DNA from: Octopus bimaculoides
Lineage: Eukaryota
Assembly (NCBI RefSeq): GCF_001194135.2
Contig: NC_068996.1
Span: forward strand, 50,257,825-50,321,824
Direction of reading: 5' to 3'
Length of the DNA: 64,000 bases
Part shown: positions 12,001 through 26,484 of the stretch, piece by piece
Position numbering within the stretch: the stretch's first letter is position 1
Layout of the letters: every line of letters begins with the position of its first letter
Program-made: the position numbers and the translations under genes
Notes under the pieces: model-generated
What the model was told of the DNA's origin: nothing
Seen by the model: the letters and a program-made list of their open reading frames with translations, nothing else
Database searches by the model: none

Positions 12001-15000
12001 GCTGGATGCCCTTCTGAAAGTGTAATGGGTGTTTTTTATGTGCCAGTCAGGCAGTACTGGCATCAGCCACGCTTGAATGGTGCTTTTTACATGCCACTGG
12101 CATGGGTATTTATTATATTTTGTTTACTGCTTTTTTTTCTTAAAGAAAGGAAAGGAAAATAATATTTGTGGTGAAAGAATGACTAACATTTCTAGTCTGG
12201 ATTAGCATTCGGGTTATTCTGCCAAATGTAATGCTTATTTAACTCTCATTGCTTTCAATTAATCATTCATTATCTCACAGCTTTGAGATTTCAACGATGT
12301 GACTGTTTATTTTTAGAATGACATTTTAGGGTAGGTGTGAGAGGCTGGATTTGGCTGGCTTCAACATAAATCAGGGAGAATATTTGAGTGGCTGGATGTA
12401 GCTAGTTGGTAAACAAAACATAGAATATCTGGAATGAATAAGGCCAGTTTAAATTTTAAATGGTTAATATTTAATTCAATTTAATTTCTATTAGAAAAAT
12501 GTACTTCTACATATTAAACAAACAAAGAAATCCTCTATACAATCGCTTGATCTGCCAGAAATAGCAGTCAAATCTCCCTCAATTCATACCTACCATCATA
12601 AAGAAAGGATCATCATCATTGTTTAACGTCCGCTTTCCATGCTAGCATGGGTTGGACGATTTGACTGAGGACTGGCGAACCAGGCTCCAATCTGATTTGG
12701 CAGAGTTTCTACAGCTGGATGCCCTTCCTAACGCCAACCACTCCGAGAGTGTAGTGGGTGCTTTTACGTGCCACCGGCATGAGAGCCAGTCACGCGGTAC
12801 TGGCAACGTTCACGCTCAAAATGGTGTTTTTACATGCCACCTGCACAGGAGCCAGTCCAGTGGCACTGGCAACAACCTCGCTCAAATGATTTTCTAACAT
12901 GCCACTGGCACAAGTGCCAGTAAGGCGACGCTGGTAACGATCATGCTCAAATGGTGCTATTTACGTGCCACTAGTACGGAATCCAGACAGCTGCTCTGGC
13001 AATGATCACGCTCGGATGGTGCTGTTAGCGCTCCACTGGCACGGGTGCTGGTCATACTATATAATTTAGTTCTAGTATTAAAGTGGTGGATTCACTAAGT
13101 CAGTAGAGCATCAAATAACATGCCTTGTGATAACTGTTCTGAGTTCAAATTCTGCTTTGGCCAGCTTTGCTTTATTCTTTTGGATTTGTTGAATAATTTA
13201 TCAGTTTAAGGGGCATGAGACACTTTTGGCAAAACTGTTTTAGCAACTCTGACTTATTTGGCATCAAATTTACATTTAACTCCCTCTCCCCCTTCTCTCT
13301 CTCCCTGTTTATATGAGTGAATATATTTCTCTTTATAAGTCTGAAGAGAAGCAAAAGTATGTATGTCAATCAAGTACAATTAATAAACTCTGATGTTTTT
13401 CTCCCTCCTCTTGCTTTCGCACTCTTTCTATCTGTTTGTGTATATTTCTGTGCATGAGTGTGTGTGTGTGTGTGTGTGTGCGTGTGTTTACAGATGAGTC
13501 AATAGTTGATTAAATCAATGACAAAATATTGTTAGGGATTATTATATGAACCCCTCATTTTAAATAGAAATAAGCGAGATATTGGGTGAAAAATTAGCAA
13601 ACCTCATTTGAATATCAGAGAAATATACCTAGTAGATATAGCAAAAAGGTTAGATGTGTGTAAATATTGACAGATAATTACAAAATTTGTAATTTTTAAG
13701 TGATCTCATATGAGATCACTGGTAGGTAATGGGTTAAACGGTCTGGTTTCTCAAGAGCTAACATGAAAACTAACCTGAGGTTATCAATGAAACTGATGGT
13801 TGCTGTTCTTCATGTCTGAAGATCATGAAGAAGAGAGGCAAGCCCTTAAGTGAAGTGATCCTTGAACAACAGGCTCAGGTGCAATTGGGTAAAATATGCA
13901 GGCTTTGGTCAGATGGGAGTTGTGACAATGACTCTTTCCTTCTTTGGCATTTCTTGTCCACCAAAGTTACTCTGACCATTTGCTCAAAATTGCTTGTAGG
14001 GGACTGGATGCAATCTTATTTCTTTATTGCCCATAAGGGGCTAAGCACAGAGGGGACAAACAAGGACAGACAAAGGGATTAAGTCGATTACATCAACCCC
14101 AGTGTGTAAGCGTAACTGGTACTTAATTTATCGACCCCGAAAGGATGAAAGGCAAAGTCGACCATGGCGGAATTTGAACTCAGAATATAACAGCAGACGA
14201 AATACTGCTAAGCATTTCGCCCGGCATGCTAACGTTTCTGCCAGCTCGCTGCCGGACTGGATGCAATCTTACCACATCTCCCCTTGTGTTGCGACTTCTT
14301 CCCACCCTGTGCTCAAACAGCTCTGATAGGCAGGTCATGTCTCATGTATGTCTCATGAGGGGTCTCCTATGAAGCGTTTGAAAGACCCGTTGAAAAACCA
14401 GATTGCCCAGGTATGGATAGATCCCACACATAAAATTATACTTTGCTAAATTAACAAACTTTTACTTGCTAATGATATTCATACCCTGATCTGACCTTAT
14501 ATTTGCAGGGGTGGCCAAGTTGTTTGATAGGTAGAACCACATATGATACATTTTTTAGCATTTGAGAACCACACGTTTAAAAAAATTACATTTATAAATA
14601 AGAAAATGCCAGTGCTGCCTGACTAGCTCCCGTGCCAGTGGAATGTAAACTGCACCATTCGAGCGTGGCTGATGCCTCTGCCACCTGTCTGGCACCTGAG
14701 CCGGTGGCATGTAAAAAGCATCATTCAAGCATGATTGATACCAGTGCCACGTGATTGGCACATAAAAAGCACCATCTGAATGTGGTTGATGCCAGTGCCA
14801 CCTGACTGGCCCTCATGCTGGTGGCATGTAAAAATCACCCACTACACTCTGAGTAGTTGGCATTAGGAAGGGCATCCAGCTGTAGAAACCTTGCCAGATT
14901 AGATTGGAGCCTGGTGCAGTCTCCCAGCTTGCCAGTCGTCAGTCAAACCATCCAACCCATGCCAATATGGAAAGCGGATGTTAAACGATGACGATGTTAA

Positions 15001-16747
15001 ACATACAGATAACAAAATAGATTGGTTAATCTCTCTCCATTGAAGATTTTTATTGAGTCTTCATTTTCATTATTAATAAATTAAAAGAATGTTAAAGCTG
15101 TTTTAGGGAAAACATCAATGAAATCCATTATTATCCCTGGAACTGCACATGGTAGTTCCAAGAGCCACATGCAGTTTGCAAAGAACGGTTTGGTTCTGTA
15201 CAGATTGCTTTTTTTTTTTTTCTTTTTAGAATTTTTGCCTATACTGAAAATTATTTATTGTTGAACTAACGATAGAGCTTCTAGATAGTCCTTCAATGTG
15301 CTAGATGTAGCAGCCAAATATCTTTCATATCTTACTTTATTGCTTAATAAAAAATAAAGACACATTAGATAATGTACTCCTATATACACTACATCTGAAA
15401 ACAAAAAAAAACAAAAAAAGCTAAGAGCTTATCATGCATCCAGTCACTTGGACTCTACCATTTCAAAAATAGCCACTAGGAGTTAACCACGAAACATCTA
15501 TCTGTTAAGAGTCCATCAGACACATCTAGTCTCAGGGAGTCCACTGTACATCTTGTCACAAAAGAGTCCATCATACACAGCTATCTACCAGAAGTTAATC
15601 ATACATTTAGTCACTATGGGTTCCTCATACATCTATCTACTAAGAGTCATCCAGCCACTGGAGGTCTACCATACATTTATCAACCAAGAGTCCTCCATAC
15701 ATCTAGCCACTATGAGCCCACTTTTAGCCACGAGAGGAGCTTACCACTGTACAACTAACAATAGGCAGATGATAAAATACAAACCATTATTTCACTTGCT
15801 ATCAGATTACTGTCTTCATCCTTGTTACTTTTCTCGCTAATAATCTCAGCAACTTCTTCTTTCTCAATAGCTCTTGCAGAGTTTGTTACATTCTCAGGTT
15901 CAGGTATCTTTGAAATGAAAGAGAGAGAGAGAGAGAGAGAAAGTGAAAGAAAGATAATGATTACCAGTTCAATGACATTCAAAACACTCTAGAATTTTCC
16001 TATAAAAAAACTTTATTAATTCTAATAAATTGAATACTCGTTGAATCGATCAACTCTGAATGTTTACTTCACAATCACGTGATTCCGGGTTCAGTCCCAC
16101 TGTGTGACACTTTGAGTAAGTGTCTCCTACTATAGCCCTGGGCCATCCAAAGCTTTGTCACTGTATTTGGTAGACAGAACCTGAAAGAAGCCCATCATGT
16201 GAATATATATATATATATGTATATGTCTATGTGTATGTGTTTGTATTTGTGTCTGTCCTCCACTACCACTTAACAACTGGTGTCAGTTTATTTACAGCCC
16301 CATAACTTAGCAGTTCAGCATAAGAGACCGTCTGAATAAGTTCCAGGCATAAAATGAAAAAGTAAGTACTGGGATTGATTTGTTTGAGTAAATACCATTC
16401 AAGGCAAGTGCCCCAGCATGACCACAGTCCAACAACTGAGTCAAGTAAAAGGTTAAGACAAGCTTACAGTAACGCGGTTCCTAGATCAAGCATGTAACTA
16501 TACATCACCTTGTGAATGTAATGCTCTGTGCACATAAAATTTGGTACTCCAAAACCGTCTGAGATATATAACTCCTTACTTGTTTCAGTCTTTTGACTGT
16601 GGCCATGCTGGAGCACCGCCTTTAGTCGAGCAAATCGACTCCAGGACTTATTCTTTGGAAGCCTAGTACTTATCCTATCAGTCTCTTTTGCCGAACTGCT
16701 AAGTTACGGGGACCTAAACACACACACACATATATATATACATATAC

Positions 16748-16780
<33 letters not shown>

Positions 16781-19700
16781 CATGATAGACTTCTTTCAGT
16801 TTCCGTCTACCAAATCCACTCACAAGGCTTTGGTCGACCTGAGGCTACAGTAGAAGGCACTTGCCCAAGGTGCCACGCAGTGGGACTGAACCCAGAACCA
16901 TGTGGTTGGTAAGCAAGCTACTTACCACATAGCCACTCCTGCATGTATAAAGATATATGTCTTTTATCTTTTACTTGTTTCAATCATTAGACTGTGGCCA
17001 TGCTGGGGCACTGCTTCGAAGAATCTTTAGTTGTCTGAATCGATTCTAGTACTTATTTCTTTAAGCTTAGTACTTATTCTATCAATCTGTCTAACTCATG
17101 CTAGTATGGAAGATGGATGTTAAATGATGATGATGATGATGATGATAATGATGACAGTGATGATGACAACATAGAGGGTTGAAAGTTAGTTTTATAAAAT
17201 AGTTAAAAAACTTCATACTTTATGAGATGAATCTGGCATCTGTGGAACAGGAGCTGTTTCAGCCTTTGTTTCAGGAACTTCCAAGGGGGTGTCATCATCT
17301 GGAAATAAATGAATATTTTTGGATAAAATAAATTTAATACATAAGAAATACATTTACGTAGTTATTTTCTTCATTTTTGTAAAATGCGGTAGTGTAGTAT
17401 ATGCTTAATAAAACTGCTATCTATGTATCATACTTAATGTATATACACTGTTAATAGGCCAGTTGCTGCAGTATTTGTCCAGAGATGACATCTTCAACGG
17501 ATCTTCTGTGTTAAAAATAATAAGTATAAAAGAGCAGATATGAGTAGCATATAGGAACTGGTATTAAGGACGGATAGGAAAATATTAGATTTATAAGCCC
17601 TAAAATTCATTCCATAATTGTCCATGGGCATATGGCATAGTGGTTAAGAGCACGGGCTACTAAACCCAAGATTCCGAGTTTAATTCCAGGCATAATTTTG
17701 GAAAAACACCTTAGGAATGAGAAACCAGGTTCGAAATTCCCCCAGAACACCTGATGAAGGCTGGAGAGTACATCAGCCGAAACGTGTTAACAGCAAACAA
17801 GATGAGGACAAATATCCGTCAAATATAAATAATGTACATAATTCCTCATCTCTCAACTATAGAACTGTATTATCCATAATAGATGTTATCTTGGAACAAA
17901 TCCTGCAGCAACTGGCCTATCAACAGTGTGTATACATTAAGTATGCTATATAGCTGGCTATTTTAATACTACCTCACTTACACATACCCAGTTATTAATA
18001 TAATGTTTTTGTTATGTTCTATGTCATGAGCTACACATTAAAAAGAAGTGTATTGGAGATTTCCAGATATTCACTATAAGAGATTATCAAAATCCTGTCT
18101 TTAAAGCTATCCGCAAGGGATTAGATGCTTGATCTACTGGACAAACACTGCCACCACAAAGTATCAAGAGACACTAGTGTTTTCATTACAAACATTGACC
18201 TGCACCAAGTGACATAAGATGCTTGTGGTGTTATGGGCTGTGATGAGCTGTGTGTTGTGGTGGAGAGAGGTGAGGCAAACAGAGGTGAAGCCCGACCGGA
18301 AGGGCCAGACCGGAAGGGTCAGATTGGAAGTCGGCGACACGCGGTCGAAGGCTAGCACGTGGAGTCAGTGAGAAAACAGAGAGGTTACGAGGAAGACGTG
18401 TTCTGATCAGGAGCGATCGTGTACTCCGCTGCGGTCGACAAGGTAAGGTCCAACGTTTCATTCTGTCCTTTTGCTTCTTGTTGTCTTTTTCCTCCATCAC
18501 ACCACAATGCTTATGTTATTTCTACCACAAATACTCTCAATACCAAATAAACAAAGGCAACCACAAATATCACTGTCACCAAATAAAAGAAGATACTATT
18601 ACCAAGTAAAAGAGGGTCCTATCTGAATGAAGGACTTGCTATTTCTCACGAGGCTATGTATTTGCATCAGGAAGTTCATCTCCAAGCTACAGAACTAGGC
18701 AAGCTTTACTTTTTTTTATTACAGAGGACCATCAGTTTCCCATGCGTATAAATCTGTCCTCGTTACTTTACTGATATTGTCCAAAGGAAAGGTGAGAGCC
18801 TGTACAGACTGAGAACAAAATGGTACGTCTCTCACAGTACCCAAGACATCATCTCCACAAAGGAGGTACTATTAGTAACAACAATACCTACCACAAAGCA
18901 GCAGAAGTTACTCTTTCACAAGCTAAGACACAATAAGAGAATAAATTACCATACTATCTCAGATCTTACTTCTAAATATCAACAGGTATTTTACCAGTAT
19001 CATGAATGATACTTTTACTCTTTTACTTGTTTCAGTCATTTGACTGTGGCCATGCTGGAGCACCGCCTTCAATCGAGCAAATCGCCCCCAGGACTTATTC
19101 TTTTGTAAGCCTAGTACTTATTCTATCGGTCTCTTTTGCTGAACCGCTAAGTTATGGGGATGTAAACACACCAGCATCGGTTGTCAAGCGATAGTGAGGG
19201 GACAAACACAGACACACAAACATATACACACACATACATATATATATAATATATATACGACGGGCTTCTTTCAGTTTCCGTCTACCAAATCCACTCACAA
19301 GGCTTTGGTTGGCCCGAGGCTATAGTAGAAGACACTTGCCCAAGGTGCCACGTAGTGGGACTGAACCCGGAGCCATGTGGTTGGTAAGCAAGCTACTTAC
19401 CACACAGCCACTCCTACGACTTTTGTGAAATAATCAGAAGATTCCATTACATTATGAAAACCCTAACAGTCTTTCCAACACACACACACAATTAATTCAG
19501 ATTGAATTTCAAACTTCATTAAACATTGAATAAAGTGAAATGAAATTAAAAAGTCACACTGATTCAGTCATTTATTTGAATTTCAATATGAAACAGTATT
19601 TCAGTGTCAGACCCACCCCATCCCTTACCCACTCACCAGGTAGTGTGTATTAATTGGAAATTATAATCGATTAAAAATTTGGAACTATAATATCACAGAG

Positions 19701-20313
19701 CCATTTCCTCAATCAAGTGAATACAAGTGGCCAAAATGGTGGGGTCCACCCAAGGATCTCTGGAGTAACATTACATGATAGGATGCACAGCTCAGAGATT
19801 AGGGAGTCACCATAGGTTGAGCTGCTACTTCTCCACATTGAAAGGTCACAGAACATGGTACTATGAACATGTGATTAGAATGTTTATATAGCATACTTAA
19901 TGTATACACACTGTTGATAGGCCAGTTGCTGCAGGATTTGTTCCAAGATAACATCTATTATGGATAATGCAGTTCTATATTTGAGAGTTTCAGTTGGTCA
20001 TGCTTGGGAATACAGTGAGATAGCATGACATTTGCTTTTGATAAGACCCTATGGAGGAGGAGGTGCCTGTAGACCTCTCAGGAATAGTGGGTGGAGAAGA
20101 TAAATGGATGGATATTACATAAAAGAAACAACAGAGATTATAATTAAAAAATACAGAAGGATCAGTTAATTATGATTTCATTCAACATATTCCCCTCTCN
20201 NNNNNNNNNNNNNNNNNNNNNNNNNNNNNNNNNNNNNNNNNNNNNNNNNNNNNNNNNNNNNNNNNNNNNNNNNNNNNNNNNNNNNNNNNNNNNNNNNNNN
20301 NNNNNNNNNNNNN

Positions 20314-20358
<45 letters not shown>

Positions 20359-21227
20359 CATATACACGAGGAGGTACTGAATAGTTCCTGGCTTTGGGTA
20401 AAAGGAAAATACAGAAGGATCAGTTAATTATGATTTCATTCAACATATTCCCCTCTCAGATTCACCCAACTATTGCAGCAGTCCTTCAGAGTTTCTAAGC
20501 CCTGTAAAATAACTTGGAAAGTTGGGCCTTCAGCCAGGCCTTTCACGATACCCTTAAAACCACAAACTTTTCATCATCTCCTCATATATTTGATCCTCGC
20601 TCCTTGTTCTTTTACTAAACTGAAATAAATAAATATTTGATCTGACCCAATATTACAGCAAACTGTAAAACAGAAATAAATTCAAAGGTACCTTTGGTAA
20701 TTCTACTGGAGCGCCATGCATCATCAAGAGAAATAACTGGAAGAACATACGAAGGCTCAGCAGGTGCAACTGGTGTTGCTTTTTCTTCAGCTGTTTCTTT
20801 TGATGCTTCAGGTCCGCCTGTAGTAAGGTACGAAGGGTTCTCCATAGATCTCTCTCCTGTTCTTTCTTTTGTGAGAACATATCCAATTCTGTCAAGATCA
20901 GAAGACCTATAGTTTCTATCCATGGTCTCTGAAGTGTGTGACAATTTTCTGGTTTTAAAGATTTCTCCATTTTCTCCATAATCTGTGTTAAAATAAAATA
21001 ATCAACTGAGTTAGAAACTGAAAATATTAAACTAAATAAATTATTTTTATTATTATTATAATAAAAGAAACCCCCTTGCTATGTTCTGAGTTCAAATTCC
21101 GTTGAGGTCGATTTTGCCTTTCATCCTTTCAGGGTCGATAAATTAAATACAAGTAATTGACACATCCCCTTCCCCAAAATGTCTGCCCTTGTGGCAAAAT
21201 TTGAAACCATTATAATAAAAGAAACCA

Positions 21228-21259
<32 letters not shown>

Positions 21260-24200
21260 GCTGAGGTGGCGAGCTGGCAGAGGTCAAATTTGCCTTTCAT
21301 TCTTTTCATCATCATCATCATCATTATCATTATCGTTTAATGTCTGCTTTCCATGCTGGCATGGGTTTGACAGTTTGACTGAGGTCTGGAGAGCTAGGAG
21401 GCTGCACCAGGCTCTAATCCGATCTGGCAATGTTTCTACAGCTGGATGCCCTTCCTAATGCCAACCACTCTGAGAGTGTAGTGACTGCTTTTTATGTGCC
21501 ACCAGCATGAGGGTCAGTTAGGCAGTACTAGCATCGGCCGGTTGGGAGGGGAGGGCGGTGTCGATGTCCCCTCATCCAAAATTTCAGGCCTTGTGCCTTT
21601 AGAAGAAAGGATTATTATTATTATTGCTTCTTTTTATCACAGGTTCTGTTGGAGTTCCTGGAGTCTTGCATGCGTAGCAGGCTTACTACCTGCAGCCTAC
21701 GGTACCATGCTATCCATTCTTTCCAGCTATCTAATACTTTCCTGATTATTCTGGCTGTGCCAAGGAGGCAAACCTTTTGCAACAGTTCTACTGGGCACTC
21801 TTCCAATCTCCTTTATATTCCTCTTGATGCCCTCTGATACTGTTCCCAAGGACCCAACAATAATTGGCACTATCTTCACCTTCTTCATTTTCCATATCCA
21901 GGCAATTTCATACTTAAGAGTGTTGTATCCATCTATCTTTTCACCTTCCTTCATGATTATTCATGGGTCAAGGGGGTGAGGGACATATGCAACATCAACT
22001 ACATAGCATATGTCATGCACCTTGTCCACCACCACTAGGTCCTGTCTCTTATGCTCTGGCACCTGATCTGTTTGAATTGGAAAATCCCAGAGGATTTTGC
22101 TAGTCCCTGATCCCCATATCACAGAATGTACTGGGTGTTTTTCCTCATGGCACCAGCACTGGTGAGGTCACCAAGCATCCACAAGAGAAGACCCCTTAAC
22201 CGAGTGGGTTATAGTGTTGAAGTGGGTGAAAATAAATTAGGGGGACAGGAACAGGTGTCTTGCTGAGGAAGTGAACCAACCAGGAAGAGAGAGAGACTGT
22301 GAGATGGTGAGGATATGCTTTCAAGGTGTGAGGGGGGGATATGTGGGGGAGAGAGAGAGAGAACAGGGATAGAGGAGCAGAAAAGGTGGGTGGGTAGTTA
22401 AGTGTACCAAGGTGTGAAAAGTGTGCAAAACATGCAAAAGGAGGCATTTGTAAAATGTCATTCAGTGAAAGGTGAGATAAGAAAAGGTTAAGAACCATTG
22501 TTCTAAAGAGATGCCTTTCAAACAACAACAGCAACAACAACAACAGCAGTAACAACAATAACAACAGTGACAGCAGCAGCAACAACAATTAAAACACTAT
22601 CAGCAACAGACAGACCAACAGCAGAAGCAACAATTCTAAAAAGTCTAAAAAGACAGTAGAGACCTGTTTTCCTTTCACTGTTTGAGTTCAAGTTATCGTT
22701 GGATATATGTAAATCTTGTAAGATTGGTTCATCTAATGTCTGTATTATTTCATCTTCATGTCCCCGTTCGTCATCAGACCTAAAAATTGAATTCAACATT
22801 TGTTAGAAATGTTTCCACATTTAGGAAATAAAATAAGTTATTGTATTTACAATGTTTAGGAAATAGCAACCTGAATTTAAAAAAAGGAAGAAAGAAAAGA
22901 GATTAAAAGAAAAGGGAAAAATTCCCCTTTTGGATTTTTTAATATTCAATATTCATCATCATCATCATCATCATCACTATCACCATCACCATCATCATCA
23001 TCATCATTTAACGTCTGTTTTCTATGCTGGCATGAGTTGGATGGTTTGACAGAAAACTGGTAATCTGGGGAGCTGCACCAGGTTCCAGTCTGATTTGGCA
23101 AGGCTTCTACAGCTGGATGCCCTTCCTAATGCCAACCACTCCAGGAGAGTAGTGGGTGCTTTTTATGTGCCAGTTACAAAACACCAGCATTGGCCACGAC
23201 TGCGCTCTCACTTGGCTTAATAAGTCTTCAGAAGCACAGCATATCGCCAAAGGTCTCCGTCACCTGTCACTGCCTCTGTGAGGTCCAAAATTCAAAGGGT
23301 GCTTTTTATGTGCCACTGGTACAGGTGCCAGATAATATTAGCATGTCAGACATTTCATCCATCTGTATGTTCTGGATTCAAATTCTGCTGAGGTCGACTT
23401 TGCCTTTCATCCTTTTGGGGTCGATTAAATAAATACCAATTGAAGACTGGCGTTTATGTAATTGACTTACCCCTCCCCTGAAATTGCTAGCTTTGTGCCA
23501 ATATTTGAAACTAATATTATAATAACATCTTTGATACAAATCTATTTGAGAAAGCTGCTGGTTCCATAATAGAAGCTTCTCATTTTGACCCTTGCTTCAA
23601 TATCAATAATGTTGCACTGATGCAGTGTTTCACTGTTTCTAATATTACTTTGCCACTCAATATTGCACATTGTGCACAGACATTGCATGTGAAACAAGTC
23701 GAGTTGGTTTATATGCTGATGATAACAGTTCCAAGTTTCAGCACAATATAATAGGGCTGAGAGAACAACTGACTCATAGACATGCCAAAGAACAACACGG
23801 TGGTGTACTGGACCGGATTAGCATAGAAATCCTGTCTAGACACCCTGATGATGCATCGTTATGGCAAATACAAGAATCAGTCCTCAGAACGGAAACACGA
23901 CCAATTTTGAATAGCAAGTACACGTAGATAAAAGCCTTACAATTACCCATGGTTGCAGATGTTGTTCACACATAAAATACAGAACGTGAACGTAAATAAA
24001 AAAGATGCGTTTACGAAGAAAACAGAAAATAACAGAAAGGAAACCAAAACCAAGTCCAAAGTCTCTATCTTATCTGATATGAACGAAATTGTTACAAACA
24101 CACATATGGACGCACATACTTACATATAAGCACGAACACATAAGTGCATGCACACATATGAGCGTGCACACATACAAGCGTGCACACACTCACATGCTCA

Positions 24201-24793
24201 TACCGAACAGTTTCAAAACAATGCTAAATCATACTTTCAAAATAAATGGAAGTGGAGAGACAAGTTACTGAAGAGATTGCAAGAGTGCAATGAAATAATT
24301 TAACAAAAAACTAAATACTATTTATAAATTAATAAAGGACTGAACCAGTGCGTGTGTTTATTACTGGCATAATGCCTCTTCCAAGGTTTAATTGTAATTC
24401 TTTCAACACACGTATCCACATCAAGAATCTTGCACACGAAATACACATACAAGATATTGCTTACATCTGTCAGTTTGAACTTCAGTAGGTTGACATCAGC
24501 AGAGAAAAATCTGAGGAAGACTGGAAATTGCAGAGGAATTAATAATTGGGACAGTGTCTGGTAAAGAGTCAATCGAATGACACAAAGATGGTGCACAACC
24601 AACTAGCTAATTCAGAGGAACAGAGGCCATTGCACTAGGGGTGGGGGTGGGAGGAGGTTAGAGGATTCAGGAGAGAAGAAACAGATAAATAACTTACTTT
24701 ATGTATTTTGTTCTGTCTCCTTCTTCACCTGATAAATTGGAAATATCCAATCCAGGAAGAGGGATACCCACATCTCTATGGTCTGAAACAAGA

Positions 24794-24829
<36 letters not shown>

Positions 24830-26445
24830 ATTGCAGTAAAAAATGCAAGTGAAGGCACGGTGCAAGTCGGTTACCAATCATTAGCTGACAGTGGATGACA
24901 TACACAGTTGGACACAAGAGAAAATGCTTTTGGGTTGGAGTTTTTGCTAATTAAGTTGGTAATTCGACAGAGTTGATAGAACATTGGACAGAAGAATGCT
25001 TTGAGGTATTTGTTCTGGATCCCTGTACTCTAGGTTCAAATCCTGTCAGGACAACCACACTAATACCAGTGCATGAAAAAAGCAGCCAATACACTGTGTA
25101 AAGTGGTAGGAGAAATGAGTGTAGTTGAGAGGGTACTTTAGTCTTACTGAGGACATGACAACTCTTCTGATGCTGGTGCCATGAAAAATGCACCCAGTAT
25201 ATTCTATAGGGGTTAGGAATGGCATTCAGATGAAAATATTTAAGTAAGACAGGGTCCTCCAGCCTGTCAGATCCTGTTGGACCATTCAGCACATGCTGTT
25301 GTTGTTGTTATTATTATTGTTATTATTATTATTATTATTATATGAGTTCTTAACTTTTGTATATGTATACAAAAGTTAAGAACTCATCTTTCTATATATT
25401 ACATTTCTGCTGAGTTTATAGTCCTCTCTATTATCATTATTATTATCATTATTATTATTATTATTATTATCATTAAGGTGGTGAGCTGGCAGAATCATTG
25501 GCACGCTGGGCAAAATTCTTCGTGGCATTTCATCTGTCGCTACATTCTGAGTTTAAATTCCACTGAGGCTGACTTTGCCTTCCATCCTTTTGGGGGTCGA
25601 TAAATTAAGTGCCAGTGAAAGACTGCAGTTGATGGAATTGACTAATCCCCTCTCACCAAATTTCAGGCATGGTGCCTTTAGTAGAGAGGGTCGTTGGTGG
25701 CGGTGGCGCTACCTTCACCACCACTACCATTGTGTTCTTTCTGAAATATCAAGAGGTACAGGAGTGACTGTGTGATAAGTAGCTCATTTACCAACCACAT
25801 GGTTCTGGGTTCAGTCACACTGCATGGCACCTAGGGCAAGTGTCTTCTACTATATTTTCAGGCCGACCAAAGCCTTGTGAGTGGATTTGGTAGACAGAAG
25901 CCCATCGTATATAAGATGTGTGTGCATGTGTGTGTGTGTGTGTTTGTGTTTGTCCCCCCACCATTGCTTAACAACAGATATTGGTGTATTTACATCCCCG
26001 TAACTTAGCGGTTTGGCAAAATAGACCGACAGAATAAGTATTAGGCTTATAAAGAATAAGTCCTGGGGCTGAATTGAACAACTAAAGACGGTGCTCCAGC
26101 ATGGCCACAGTCAAATGACTGAAATAAATACAAAAATAAAAGAATAAAAAGGTATTTATGAGTGAGAGTTATTAGCTGTGTTAAGAGCCAAACCAAGTGA
26201 TTATTTATTCAAGAGATGAGGATGTTTGCTTTATTTCATGGATAATACTGACTGTGATTGTACAACTCACCTTTTCTGCGAGCTGATTGGTAAAGCTTCT
26301 TGCGAGGTGTTGATGACAAAGTTTTCAGAGATTGACAGTCAGGTGTTAAAACATCATCAGAGTCTGAGTTGGAGTCTATAGAGAGAGAAAATGGTTTTTC
26401 ATATATATAAGCATATATATATATATATTATATATACACGTGTGT

Positions 26446-26484
<39 letters not shown>

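Noticed and set aside
13281-13340. Candidate extra OFD1 exon TYKEKYIHSYKQGEREGGEG (strong acceptor, in phase)
   Set aside because: Only a weak gttaaa donor, a GA-rich low-complexity body and faint similarity to EKYM; needs RNA-seq.
20150-20460. Direct duplication 20150-20199 / 20410-20459
   Set aside because: It flanks an N gap, so it is most likely an unmerged contig overlap.
24465-24520. Cryptic exon with a good gtaagc donor between OFD1 exons 24698 and 22779
   Set aside because: Both possible acceptors give 46 or 56 nt and a premature stop, and the flanking exons join in frame without it. It could be a poison exon, but there is no evidence.
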